64,000 bases of DNA from a bacterium (lineage in GTDB: Bacteria > Patescibacteriota > Minisyncoccia > Moranbacterales > UBA2206): assembly GCA_030654225.1 (NCBI GenBank), contig JAURXY010000015.1:397-64396 (forward strand), given 5' to 3'. Both the position numbers and the translations under genes were made by a program. Of the stretch, positions 16,992 through 26,615 are shown one piece after another. How positions within the stretch are numbered: the first letter of the stretch is position 1; each line of letters begins with the position of its first letter. The notes beneath the pieces were generated by a model, which worked only from the letters and a program-made list of their open reading frames with translations, did not search any database and was not told the origin of the DNA.

Positions 16992-18401
16992 ATGTTTGAA
17001 TTTTTTAGATTAAGTCGACAAATTCTTGGCATGAATGCTCGGAACCTGAAATATATCAGGCCGTTTAATTTGTCGCGCGCCAAAAAATTAGCTGACAACA
17101 AACTGCTCAGCAAAAAAATTCTAGCTAAAAACAACATCTCTGTGCCAAAACTAATTGCCAAAATTCGCACCGTGGAAGAATTGGAAAATTTTGATTGGCA
17201 ATCTTTGCCAGAAGGTTTTGCTCTAAAACCTAATCGCGGTTTTGGTGGTGAAGGAATTTTGGTAGTTTATGGAAAGAAAAAGAATTCCGATAATATTTGG
17301 ATTAAAGCTGACCGATCAAGTGTCACCGTGGAAGATCTAAAAACACATGTTCGAAATATTTTGGACGGTTCCTTTTCTCTTTCTGGCACACCGGACATTG
17401 CTTTTTTTGAAGAGCGCTTGCAACTTTTGAAACTATTTAAGCCCTATTCATACAAAGGTATCCCTGATATCCGCGTGATTGTTTTCAATAAAGTTCCACT
17501 GATGGCCATGCTTCGCCTGCCAACCAAATCGTCTTCTGGTAAGGCTAACTTACAACAAGGTGCTATTGGCGTGGGAATCGACATTGCCACGGGCACAACT
17601 ACCACCGCCGTTCTGGGGAAAAACAAGATAATTGAATATGTTCCTGGGACAAGACTACTTTTGTCTGGAATCAAACTTCCCTATTGGAATGATATTTTGA
17701 AATTAGCTGTACGCGCACAAGAAATTTCTGGTCTTGGTTTTCTTGGTGCCGACATTGCCATAGACAAAGTCAATGGACCAACCATAATTGAACTCAATGC
17801 CCGCCCAGGACTTTCCATTCAAGTGGCCAACTTAGCCGGCCTCAAAGAGCGACTGGAAAAAGCTGCTGGGATAAAAATCAAAACCGCTGAAAAAGGCATC
17901 CGCGTTGGTAAAGATCTTTTTGGTGGAGAAATTGAAGAAGAATTGGAAGAAATTTCCGGGCGTAAAGTTATTGGCACTGTGGAAAAAGTAAAGCTTATTG
18001 GCAAAGATGGAAAGGAAATTGAAGTGGAAGCTAAGATTGACACGGGGGCATATTCAACTTCAATCGATACTGAGTTAGCTAAGGAATTAGGTTTTGAAAA
18101 AACATTAAATGATTTTGAAAATATATCCCTAACTGGTTATATTATAAATCCAGAAAATGAAAGTTTCATAAAAAAAGATATTTTGGAAAAACATAAAGAA
18201 TCTATACCGGATTTAGATGATATAGCTATAATTTTTTCAGCCAGTGGATCATCCATTCGACCCGTTGTAGCCCTAGAATTAATTTTGGATGAAACAAAAC
18301 TTTTTTCTAAAGTCAATGTAACAAAACGAAATGACTTAAAATATCCAATGATAATTGGAAAAAGAAGCCTGAGTAAATTTCTAATTGATGTTAATAAATA
18401 A
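16992..18401 (+). CDS. Alpha-L-glutamate-ligase-like ATP-grasp fused to a RimK-associated (DTGA) protease domain
   Basis: ILGMNARN, D.KL..K, KP..G.GG.GI, G.PDIRVI, AMLRLPT..S.GKANL.QGA, ELNARPGL.IQ; C-terminal AKIDTGA.STSID...RP.V...IG. Confidence 0.85.
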   Translation: MFEFFRLSRQILGMNARNLKYIRPFNLSRAKKLADNKLLSKKILAKNNISVPKLIAKIRTVEELENFDWQSLPEGFALKPNRGFGGEGILVVYGKKKNSDNIWIKADRSSVTVEDLKTHVRNILDGSFSLSGTPDIAFFEERLQLLKLFKPYSYKGIPDIRVIVFNKVPLMAMLRLPTKSSSGKANLQQGAIGVGIDIATGTTTTAVLGKNKIIEYVPGTRLLLSGIKLPYWNDILKLAVRAQEISGLGFLGADIAIDKVNGPTIIELNARPGLSIQVANLAGLKERLEKAAGIKIKTAEKGIRVGKDLFGGEIEEELEEISGRKVIGTVEKVKLIGKDGKEIEVEAKIDTGAYSTSIDTELAKELGFEKTLNDFENISLTGYIINPENESFIKKDILEKHKESIPDLDDIAIIFSASGSSIRPVVALELILDETKLFSKVNVTKRNDLKYPMIIGKRSLSKFLIDVNK

Positions 18402-18416
18402 ACTAACAAAAAGTCT

Positions 18417-19376
18417 ATGCGAATTTTAAAAAAAGAAGAGATAACTAATTTCAAAGCAGGAACACAATCAATTTTGAAGGCGGCTTTTGATAAGGGAGCT
18501 ACTGTTCATAAAGTCCTCGATGATGATCGTGTTTTTATTTTGGAAAAAAATGGAAAAAAGTTTTGGTTTAGAGGACCTCGTCTTTCAATTTCCAACCCTG
18601 TTTCATTATGGATAATAAGAGATAAATATTTAACCAAAAAAGTTTTAAAAGAAATTGGTGTTCCACACCCAGAAGGATATTGTGCAAAAACGATAGAAGA
18701 AGCTCAAGAAATTGCAAAAAAAATCGGTTTTCCATTAGTTATGAAACCTCGTTGCTATGAAGGCGGGTTGGGTGTATTTTTAAATGTAGATTCGCCTGAA
18801 AAAGTAGCTAGTTTTTTTGGAAAAAGCTCACAGTATGACAAGTATGTTCTTTTGGAAAAATATGTTGATGGAAAATATTATAGAATTACTATGGTCAATA
18901 ATAAAATATCTGGAATATTAGAAACAAAAGGCATAACGCTAACAGGAGATGGTAGCCAAACTGTTCTAGAATTAGTTTCTAAATACAATGCAAGCGCAGA
19001 AGAAGCTTATGAAATAACGGATAAAACAAAAGATATTTTACTTTTTCAAAACTTATCTCTTAAAAGTATTCCGTCTATAAATAATGAATTTATTTTAGGT
19101 TTTAGCGGAGCAGAAGGAGGAGATTGGATAGACCGAACGGATGATATATGCAAAGAAAATTCTGACTTACTGATTAAAATGACAAAATATTTAGACCTTC
19201 CTATGATTGGACTAGACCTAATAGCAAAAGATATTTCGCTACCTATTACAGCCACAGATTCCCCTGGATTTGTTTTAGAGATAAATGGTGCGCCAGATTT
19301 CTTGTTTCATTTAAACCCCACCGAAGGAAAACCAAGAAATATCGGGAAAGATATTGTTGATATGTTATTTAATTAA
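18417..19376 (+). CDS. ATP-grasp ligase similar to the cyanophycin synthetase/GshB C-terminal domain
   Basis: DKYLTK..L...GVP.P.G, GFPLVMKP...GG.GV, EKYVDG..YR, D.TD, GLDLI, LEINGAP. Confidence 0.8.
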   Translation: MRILKKEEITNFKAGTQSILKAAFDKGATVHKVLDDDRVFILEKNGKKFWFRGPRLSISNPVSLWIIRDKYLTKKVLKEIGVPHPEGYCAKTIEEAQEIAKKIGFPLVMKPRCYEGGLGVFLNVDSPEKVASFFGKSSQYDKYVLLEKYVDGKYYRITMVNNKISGILETKGITLTGDGSQTVLELVSKYNASAEEAYEITDKTKDILLFQNLSLKSIPSINNEFILGFSGAEGGDWIDRTDDICKENSDLLIKMTKYLDLPMIGLDLIAKDISLPITATDSPGFVLEINGAPDFLFHLNPTEGKPRNIGKDIVDMLFN

Positions 19377-19396
19377 TAATTTATAAATTTATTCTT

Positions 19397-20326
19397 ATGA
19401 AAATTTGTGTTATATGTGTTGAAAAAACAGACTATGCTCCAAAGAGAATAATGCAGGAAGGTAAAAAAAGAGGACATGAAATGTATATAACTTCTTGGTT
19501 GGATGTTGTAGTAAAGGTTGATAAAAATAAGATATATATTGGAGATAATAAAAAAGACTTTAAACAATTTGACGCTATCATTCCTCGAAGTCCCAGTTTC
19601 AGCCTAACAGAAAAATACAAAAAAAATATCAAAAAACTTGGCACTATTTTAAAGCTAATAATTGAGTATTCTAAAGATAACAATTTTATTGTTTTAAATG
19701 ATAAATATTTCACACACTACCAAAGCCTAGATAAGCTATCTCAACAATATTTTTTCTTTAAAAATAATCTTCCTGGGATTCCAACAAAATATTTTTCCAG
19801 ATTACCTGAAAAAATAAGCTTTCCTATTATCTCGAAAACTGCCCAAGGTAGTTTAGGTTCTGGCGTCTTTATGACAAAAAATCAAAATGACCTAAAGAAA
19901 ATAATTGAAGATTCGAATACTGTGGGGAAAAACTTTATTTATCAAAAATACTACCCTATCAGTTACGATTATCGCATTCTGGTAGTAGATAAAAAGGCGA
20001 TGGGTGTTATGAAAAGAATTTCTAGTGGAAACGAATGGCGAACAAATGTATCCTTGGGTGGAGAGGCTCATAAATTTGATGCACCGGAAGCAAAAAAAAT
20101 AAAATATTTAGCTGAAAAAGTTGCAAAAAAAATGCTTTTTGATTATGTTGGAGTTGACATATTGGAACACCAAGGAAACTACCATATAATTGAAGTTAAT
20201 TCACTGGCTCAGTTTGAAGGATTTGAAAAGGCCTATTCAAATATGAATGTCGCAGGAAAACTAATTGAATTTGTAGAGAAAAAAATGAAAAAAGAATATG
20301 AAGCAAAGACTAATAATAAACGCTGA
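19397..20326 (+). CDS. RimK-family ATP-grasp ligase
   Basis: DKL, P.I.K...GS.G.GV, QKY..DYRILVV, WRTNVSLGG, GVDI, EVNS...FEG. Confidence 0.85.
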   Translation: MKICVICVEKTDYAPKRIMQEGKKRGHEMYITSWLDVVVKVDKNKIYIGDNKKDFKQFDAIIPRSPSFSLTEKYKKNIKKLGTILKLIIEYSKDNNFIVLNDKYFTHYQSLDKLSQQYFFFKNNLPGIPTKYFSRLPEKISFPIISKTAQGSLGSGVFMTKNQNDLKKIIEDSNTVGKNFIYQKYYPISYDYRILVVDKKAMGVMKRISSGNEWRTNVSLGGEAHKFDAPEAKKIKYLAEKVAKKMLFDYVGVDILEHQGNYHIIEVNSLAQFEGFEKAYSNMNVAGKLIEFVEKKMKKEYEAKTNNKR

Positions 20327-20927
20327 TGATTATGGAATGTCTTCCCCTTGGAATAGGGGCATTTTAGAATTAGCCACAAAAAAGCTAATCACTAGTATAT
20401 CCGTGATGATAAAAAGGGATCATATAGAAATTTCTGATTTAATAAATCTAACAGATATATCACTCGGTCTTCATTTAGAATTGAAAAATAATAATCCAAA
20501 AAAAGAAATTATACATCAAATAACTCTCTTTGAAAAAAAATTTAAAAGATTGCCATCTCACTTGGATAGCCACCGCCATCTACATTTAAATGAAAGTATT
20601 CTAACTGAAGTTGCTACTGTCGCCAAAGATTATAATTTACCAGTGAGATCCCTTTTTGCCGAAAAAAGAAACCTTTTGAAAAAAAATAAAATAAAAACTC
20701 CAGATGATTATATTGATTGGCATCCTGATCAAAAAAATAAACTCTTTGAAAACCTAACCCAATCTACAAGCACTGTGATTGAACTTGTTTGCCACCCTGG
20801 ATATTTTGATAAAAACTGTGATTATATATATAATAAAAACCGAAAAAAAGAGTTAGAAATTTTAAAAAGTCAAACTTTTAAAAAAATAATCAATCGATTT
20901 AAACTTATTAATTATTCCCAAATATAA
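20298..20927 (+). CDS. YdjC/ChbG-family carbohydrate deacetylase
   Basis: LIINADDYG, GLHL, PSHLDSH.H.H, ELVCHPG, R..EL..L. Confidence 0.9.
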   Translation: MKQRLIINADDYGMSSPWNRGILELATKKLITSISVMIKRDHIEISDLINLTDISLGLHLELKNNNPKKEIIHQITLFEKKFKRLPSHLDSHRHLHLNESILTEVATVAKDYNLPVRSLFAEKRNLLKKNKIKTPDDYIDWHPDQKNKLFENLTQSTSTVIELVCHPGYFDKNCDYIYNKNRKKELEILKSQTFKKIINRFKLINYSQI

Positions 20928-21013
20928 CTACCTGCCTTCTTTTCTTTGCCTTGATAACCTTTCTCTTTTATAATATAATATAGAATGCTTTATAAATAAG
21001 CTAAATAAATTGT

Positions 21014-23578
21014 ATGTATATTTTCACACCAAAAAATTCTAATAATTCTTCTGGTAAAAAAAGATTCAGAATCAATTGGAAACTCTTGAGAAAATCAATC
21101 CTGATTTTTAGCGGTGCTGTACTGCTTTTTGTTATTGGTGTTTTTGCCTGGTTCGCCAAGGATTTGCCGAGTCCCGGAAATCTCAATGAGCGCTTTGTTA
21201 TTCAATCAACAAAAATTTATGATCGGACAGGAAGTCATATTCTTTATGAAGTTCACGGCGAAGAAAAAAGAACGGAAATCCCCTTTTCCCAAATGCCAGA
21301 AAGCCTGCGTTATGCCACTATTGCACTAGAAGATCAAAGTTTTTATAGCCACGTTGGCATTCAACCTAAAAGTATTTTGCGTGCTGTATTCAAGGATATT
21401 TTTAATTTTGGCGCTACTCAAGGTGGCTCAACCATTACTCAGCAACTAATTAAACAATCCCTTCTGACTTCGGAAAAAACTTTTACCCGAAAAATAAAGG
21501 AGGTTATTCTAGCTATTGAAATTGAGCAAAAATTTTCCAAGGATGAAATTATGGGGATGTATCTCAATGAAATTCCTTATGGCTCCAATGCTTATGGAGT
21601 TGAAGCAGCTGCTCAAACTTTTTTTGGAAAACACGCGAGTGAGCTTACGCTTGATGAATCAGCTATTCTCGCATCATTGCCTCAAGCTCCTTCTCGTTAT
21701 TCGCCTTATGGAACACACACCGAAAACCTCAAGGCTCGTCAAGAATACGCCCTCGATCAAATGGCGCGCCTAGGTTATATCACCGGAGAACAAGCCAATG
21801 AGGCTAAGCAAGTGGATATTTTTTCTAAGATAAAAACTTTTTCCGACAATATCAGCGCTCCGCATTTTGTGATGTATATTAAAGAATCTTTAGAAAAAAA
21901 ATATGGCGCTGAAGCAGTCGAACAAGGAGGATTAAAAGTTTATACTACACTCGATTGGGATAAACAAAAAATTGCCGAGGAAGCTATCAAAAATCATTCC
22001 GAAAAAGATGCTACGACTTACAAATCTAATAATCAAGCGCTGGTAGCAATGGATCCAAAAACTGGACAAATTTTGGCTATGGTAGGCTCCAAAGATTATT
22101 TTGGCAAAGCCACTCCGACAGGTTGTATTTCTGGAAAAAATTGTCAATTTGAAGGGAATTTTAATGTCGCCACAGCACTTCGTCAACCAGGGTCATCTTT
22201 CAAGCCTTATGTATATCTCACTGCATTTTCCAAAGGATATACACCAGAAACTAATCTTTGGGATGTGGACACTAATTTTTCTACTGACGATGGCAAGACA
22301 TATGATCCGAAAAATTATGATGGAAAAAATCGTGGACTACTTCAAATGAAAAATGCTCTAGCAATGTCGCTCAATGTGCCCGCAGTAAAAACGCTCTATT
22401 TGGCTGGAGTGCAGAATTCTATCGATACCGCTCATAAGATGGGGATCACCACTCTCAACAAAACTGCTGATTATGGACTGTCTTTGGTTCTTGGTGGAGG
22501 AGAAGTGAAGCTTCTGGATCATGTCAATGCTTTTTCGACTTTTGCTACTGGTGGAATTCATCACCCTACTGTGTCTATTCTTAAGGTAGAAAATGGCGAT
22601 GGAGAAGTGCTTGAGCAATATAAACAAAGTGAAGGACAGAGAGTAATTGAAGAAAAATATGTGGCTATGATAGATTATATTCTTTCCACCAACGAACTGC
22701 GCGCGCCAGTTTTTGGGGATAACAACCCTTTGCGTTTTGACAATCGCCCCGTAGCTGCTAAAACTGGCACCACCAATGAATGGCGTGACGGTTGGACCGT
22801 TGGCTATACTCCTTCACTTTCTGCTGGAGTCTGGGCAGGGAATAATGATAATTCTATAATGGCACAAGGAGCAGATGGATCATTTGTCGCAGCGCCAATT
22901 TGGCGAGAATTTATGGATAAAGCTTTGGCAAATTATAATGTCGATCAATTTCCTAAATATGAGAAAGAGGAAACAGGCAAAGATGTACTTGATGGAAAAC
23001 TAGAAGCCAAAAGAGAAGTCAAGGTTTGCAAGATTCCTGGTTCCAAAAATGATTATTGTTTAGCTAACGACAATTGCCCATCTTCCGAAGTGGAAAAAAA
23101 GAAATTTTCCGACGCTCATTCCATTCTATATTATGTCAAAAAAGATGACCCGCGCGGAGACGCGCCAGAAAAACCAAGTGATGATCCGCAGTTTAAAAAT
23201 TGGGAAAAAGCTATTGAGAAATGGCTAGATGATGAAAAAGGTTATTCTTCTAATTCAACTCCAACTGAAGAATGCCGATTAGATGACTTCAAAAAATTTG
23301 GACCGGAGGTAAGCATCTCCGCTCCTTCTGACGGAAGCTCTATTACTTCATCTTCTTTTACTATTAAGGTGAAAAGTGATGCGCCTTTTGGAGTTGAAAA
23401 AATAACTTTGTCTGTAGCAGGTGATGATGTCACCTCCTCTTCGGATTCTTCTTTTGAATATACCTACTCTGTTCCGGATTCAAAAAAGAATTCCAATATT
23501 TCTATCGAGGCTTCCGTCGAAGATAAAAAAGGCAACACTGATTCAGCTAGCATCTCCGTGCAAACAAATATTCCTTAA
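21014..23578 (+). CDS. Class A penicillin-binding protein (PBP1A family) with a C-terminal Ig-like domain
   Basis: EDQSFY.H.G, GGSTITQQL, RKIKE (transglycosylase); PGSSFK, SLN, KTGT (transpeptidase). Confidence 0.93.
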   Translation: MYIFTPKNSNNSSGKKRFRINWKLLRKSILIFSGAVLLFVIGVFAWFAKDLPSPGNLNERFVIQSTKIYDRTGSHILYEVHGEEKRTEIPFSQMPESLRYATIALEDQSFYSHVGIQPKSILRAVFKDIFNFGATQGGSTITQQLIKQSLLTSEKTFTRKIKEVILAIEIEQKFSKDEIMGMYLNEIPYGSNAYGVEAAAQTFFGKHASELTLDESAILASLPQAPSRYSPYGTHTENLKARQEYALDQMARLGYITGEQANEAKQVDIFSKIKTFSDNISAPHFVMYIKESLEKKYGAEAVEQGGLKVYTTLDWDKQKIAEEAIKNHSEKDATTYKSNNQALVAMDPKTGQILAMVGSKDYFGKATPTGCISGKNCQFEGNFNVATALRQPGSSFKPYVYLTAFSKGYTPETNLWDVDTNFSTDDGKTYDPKNYDGKNRGLLQMKNALAMSLNVPAVKTLYLAGVQNSIDTAHKMGITTLNKTADYGLSLVLGGGEVKLLDHVNAFSTFATGGIHHPTVSILKVENGDGEVLEQYKQSEGQRVIEEKYVAMIDYILSTNELRAPVFGDNNPLRFDNRPVAAKTGTTNEWRDGWTVGYTPSLSAGVWAGNNDNSIMAQGADGSFVAAPIWREFMDKALANYNVDQFPKYEKEETGKDVLDGKLEAKREVKVCKIPGSKNDYCLANDNCPSSEVEKKKFSDAHSILYYVKKDDPRGDAPEKPSDDPQFKNWEKAIEKWLDDEKGYSSNSTPTEECRLDDFKKFGPEVSISAPSDGSSITSSSFTIKVKSDAPFGVEKITLSVAGDDVTSSSDSSFEYTYSVPDSKKNSNISIEASVEDKKGNTDSASISVQTNIP

Positions 23579-23588
23579 GCTAAAAGTT

Positions 23589-24035
23589 TTACACTTCTTT
23601 TTTGATTGGCTTTTCAATGTTGCCAATTTGGTTTTTGCTGAAAAAATAGAAAAACGGGATGACTACAAGAAGTGAAACTAGATGCATCGAAGAAAAAATA
23701 TAATTCATCACACTACTTCCGTCAAAAAAGAGAATTCTAAAAACAACTAGAAACACACAAAGATATATTGTGGAAATCCTTACGATATTTATATTATTTT
23801 TTATGACAAAAGTTTTGTTTATAAATTTTGCCGAATAAATTATACTTGTCCAAACGAGAAAAAATTTCACCGCTTCACCAAGGATGGCCAACCAAACAAT
23901 CACTCCGAAATTATTGGCGATGCCTTTTACTATTTGTCCAAAAATTGCACTAAACAGAAATGGTGCAAAGATTCCAGCAAGCAACCAATGAACCAAAGCG
24001 ATTTGCCAATCTGAAATTTTCTTTTTCTTTTTCAT
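23589..24035 (-). CDS. Four-TM hypothetical membrane protein
   Basis: 148-aa hydrophobic ORF. Confidence 0.65.
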   Translation of the reverse strand: MKKKKKISDWQIALVHWLLAGIFAPFLFSAIFGQIVKGIANNFGVIVWLAILGEAVKFFLVWTSIIYSAKFINKTFVIKNNINIVRISTIYLCVFLVVFRILFFDGSSVMNYIFSSMHLVSLLVVIPFFYFFSKNQIGNIEKPIKKEV

Positions 24036-24096
24036 AATTATTTTTATCTTTTTTTATTATACAATATTTTTTCAAATTAACCAAACTAAGATTTTT

Positions 24097-24378
24097 TTAT
24101 TTTAATTTTATCTCTTTTATTATTCCTTCACCAAATTCTTTATTTAGCTTTTTCATAATCGTATTACGATTAGAAAAAAGCTCACTTGCCCAAGCTGAGC
24201 TATAACATTTAATGAAAATAGTTTTATTTTTGAAATAATCCGCTTTGAGTTTTGACGCCCCAACATTACCAAACTCTTCTTTGATAACTCGATTAAAAAT
24301 ATAAAAAATATCCTTGTCAGTTAGGGATATCTTGTGAATACTTTTTCTTTTATATAAAAGATTTTTTAGCGATTTCAT
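24097..24378 (-). CDS. DUF721/DciA-family protein
   Basis: I.C.SSAWASEL......I..KLN...G...IKEI pattern; located near oriC. Confidence 0.72.
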   Translation of the reverse strand: MKSLKNLLYKRKSIHKISLTDKDIFYIFNRVIKEEFGNVGASKLKADYFKNKTIFIKCYSSAWASELFSNRNTIMKKLNKEFGEGIIKEIKLK

Positions 24379-24444
24379 AATACTTTATCCTCTAAAACTT
24401 TTTATCGTCTCCGGCAAATTCAAAATACATTTAACTTCCATTTT

Positions 24445-25056
24445 TTAGTTTTGAAAATTATTCAAATCATTTAAAGCAATTTCAAGCGCGCCCGATGAAA
24501 CGCCAAAGCGCAAAGATATATAGCCAGCTAAATAAGAATTTACTGTTTTTTCGTCAATATTTTCTATATTATGTTTTTTGTTTATTTCTTGCAAGACTTC
24601 GACTTTAATTTTAATAAGCGTTTCCCTTGGGATCAAAAAGTAATTGGCAAATTTATTAGCTTGAGTTTCTAAATTAGCATATTCCCTAGTATCGATTTCG
24701 CCAATAAATGCAAAGATATCAGCCAGTTCTTGAATTTTTAAGTGTTTATAAAAATCTTTATGTAATATAAAATGTCCGAGTTCATGGGCAAGTGAGAATC
24801 TAAAACGATTAGTATCATTTTCATAATTTTTTTGATCAACATAAATTGCTGAAAAATCAGAAGTAATTTGCGCATCCACTCCGCATTGTTCCATTAAGTT
24901 CGGTATCGGAATAATTTTTATTTTTAACTTTATTTCTATTATTTCTTCTATCTCAATCGGAATATCTTTTTTCCAAAATTCAAATCTGCATTTGTCCGCT
25001 TTGTTTTTTATCTCTCTATTGCCAATAAAAGCAATGTCTATGTTTTTGTATTTCAT
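24445..25056 (-). CDS. ImmA/IrrE-family metallopeptidase
   Basis: RFRFSLAHELGH..LH, E.QAN.FA...LIP, FGVS. Confidence 0.9.
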   Translation of the reverse strand: MKYKNIDIAFIGNREIKNKADKCRFEFWKKDIPIEIEEIIEIKLKIKIIPIPNLMEQCGVDAQITSDFSAIYVDQKNYENDTNRFRFSLAHELGHFILHKDFYKHLKIQELADIFAFIGEIDTREYANLETQANKFANYFLIPRETLIKIKVEVLQEINKKHNIENIDEKTVNSYLAGYISLRFGVSSGALEIALNDLNNFQN

Positions 25057-25074
25057 TCTGTTTAATCTAAAAAG

Positions 25075-25458
25075 TTAGGCGTTTTTTACCATATTTATTA
25101 TTTTACTTATTTCTTCTTTGCTAGGCTTTTTATTTTTCAAAGTTCGAAAAAATGCCGGCAAAGCTGCCACCAATTCTTTTTCTTCCATAATTTCAAACGG
25201 AATTATCCCCTGGGCGATTTCCGCTTGATAGATAAATTCCTTGAATTCTTGGCTATCTTTTTTCAAACCTAATGTTTTTGCCCAAAGTTCCAACATTTTC
25301 TTGTCTGATGGAGGCGACATTTTTCCTCTTTCAATTTTACTCCAATTACTCGGATCAAAATTCACTCTCCGACACATCTCGCGAAGTGTTATTTCTTTTT
25401 TAATCCGGAGATCATATAGAAATTCTCCGAATTTTTTCAAGCTTTCATTTATTTTCAT
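25075..25458 (-). CDS. XRE-family HTH regulator
   Basis: FGE.L..LR...ITLRE......PSNWSKIERG...P. Confidence 0.9.
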   Translation of the reverse strand: MKINESLKKFGEFLYDLRIKKEITLREMCRRVNFDPSNWSKIERGKMSPPSDKKMLELWAKTLGLKKDSQEFKEFIYQAEIAQGIIPFEIMEEKELVAALPAFFRTLKNKKPSKEEISKIINMVKNA

Positions 25459-25482
25459 AGAGTTTTTATTAATATTTATCCC

Positions 25483-25519
25483 TGTGGTATAATATTACCA
25501 CACTAAATATTACTGTCAA
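25483..25519 (-). promoter_or_regulatory. Promoter with a palindromic operator
   Basis: TTGACA (25519-25514); TGTGGTA-N6-TACCACA (25483-25502) overlaps the -10 region. Confidence 0.62.
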
Positions 25520-25738
25520 GCACCTAAATTTATTTCGTAGTCTCCCCTTGAACATCAGCAAATCCTACAGCAATATGAATTTTGATAATAAGAATGTAGT
25601 TGCTGAAAAAATAGAAAAAGGGGAAAGAAGATAATGACCTAGATTATTAGGCGAAGCAATAAAAAAATTTGAGAAAATAAAAATCGGCAGGCACCACGAT
25701 GGACACCTGCTTTTTTTATGAAATTATTTTCCGAGAAA

Positions 25739-25776
25739 ATAAAAAGGCCAAGTTTGTGTGATAACAAACTTGACCT
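25739..25776 (-). terminator. Intrinsic terminator
   Basis: Minus strand GGTCAAGTTTGT-loop-ACAAACTTGGCC followed by T-run. Confidence 0.65.
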
Positions 25777-25799
25777 GAATTTTTGTGGTTAGCGAGTTT

Positions 25800-26339
25800 T
25801 TACTTTATAGGCCGACTCGCTTTCGCCTTTATTTCCTCCAGGGTTTCTCGCGAAACCCCAAGTTTATTCATTGCATACCAATCACATATTCTTCTTCTTC
25901 TTTCCTTTTTAAATGACTCAACAATCAACTCCTCAATCACTCCACTCTCAACTCCACCTTTTTCTGCCACTTCCGCGGCATACTTAATTTCCCCCCTTTT
26001 AAGAAACCTCCTCACTAGATTATTTTTAAATTCGGGTGTAATTGGATAATATGTAAGTGTCATAAACTCGACACGTACCTCATCTCCTACGAAACACTCT
26101 TCAATTAGTGCCTCAACAATTTTTTCCGGATTAGGCACACTCAGTGCCCTTTTCATAACTCTTTCTTTTATATACAGAGAGACATCATCCCTCTGCATAT
26201 AAATAACAAAAGCTTCCCGGACAAGGGCGTAACCCCTATCCTCTTTGAGTTTGTGTGCAAATTCGAGAGCTTTTTCAAGCTCTCCAATTTTCAGATACTC
26301 ATTAATTAAGGACAATAATAATTCTTTTATTTTTTCCAT
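25800..26339 (-). CDS. Helical hypothetical protein
   Basis: 179-aa ORF with SD AGGAGAGG, its own promoter (26495-26523) and terminator. Confidence 0.68.
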   Translation of the reverse strand: MEKIKELLLSLINEYLKIGELEKALEFAHKLKEDRGYALVREAFVIYMQRDDVSLYIKERVMKRALSVPNPEKIVEALIEECFVGDEVRVEFMTLTYYPITPEFKNNLVRRFLKRGEIKYAAEVAEKGGVESGVIEELIVESFKKERRRRICDWYAMNKLGVSRETLEEIKAKASRPIK

Positions 26340-26615
26340 TTTCCTCTCCTTTTTCGCCTAATTTTCATTAGGCTAAAATTTTTCCGCCAGTGTAGCTCCC
26401 GACCATCCCGATACTATATCGGGACCGGGCCTTGGCGATTATTTAGTTTTAAACGAGCTTGTTAAGATTTTTTCGCTTTTCATCTTAACAGCACAGTATA
26501 GCACTAAATTAGCCAGCTGTCAATATTATCAGTCTATTTTATGAATAAATATTGCTATTGACTTTATTTGAGCCATAATGTATACTATATTTGACGACTA
26601 ATTTATTCGACATTT

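Noticed and set aside
24379-25700. Prophage or ICE around the XRE/ImmA pair; short ORF remnants at ~24385-24441 and ~25530-25610
   Set aside because: No integrase, att sites or phage genes; remnants too short to assign.
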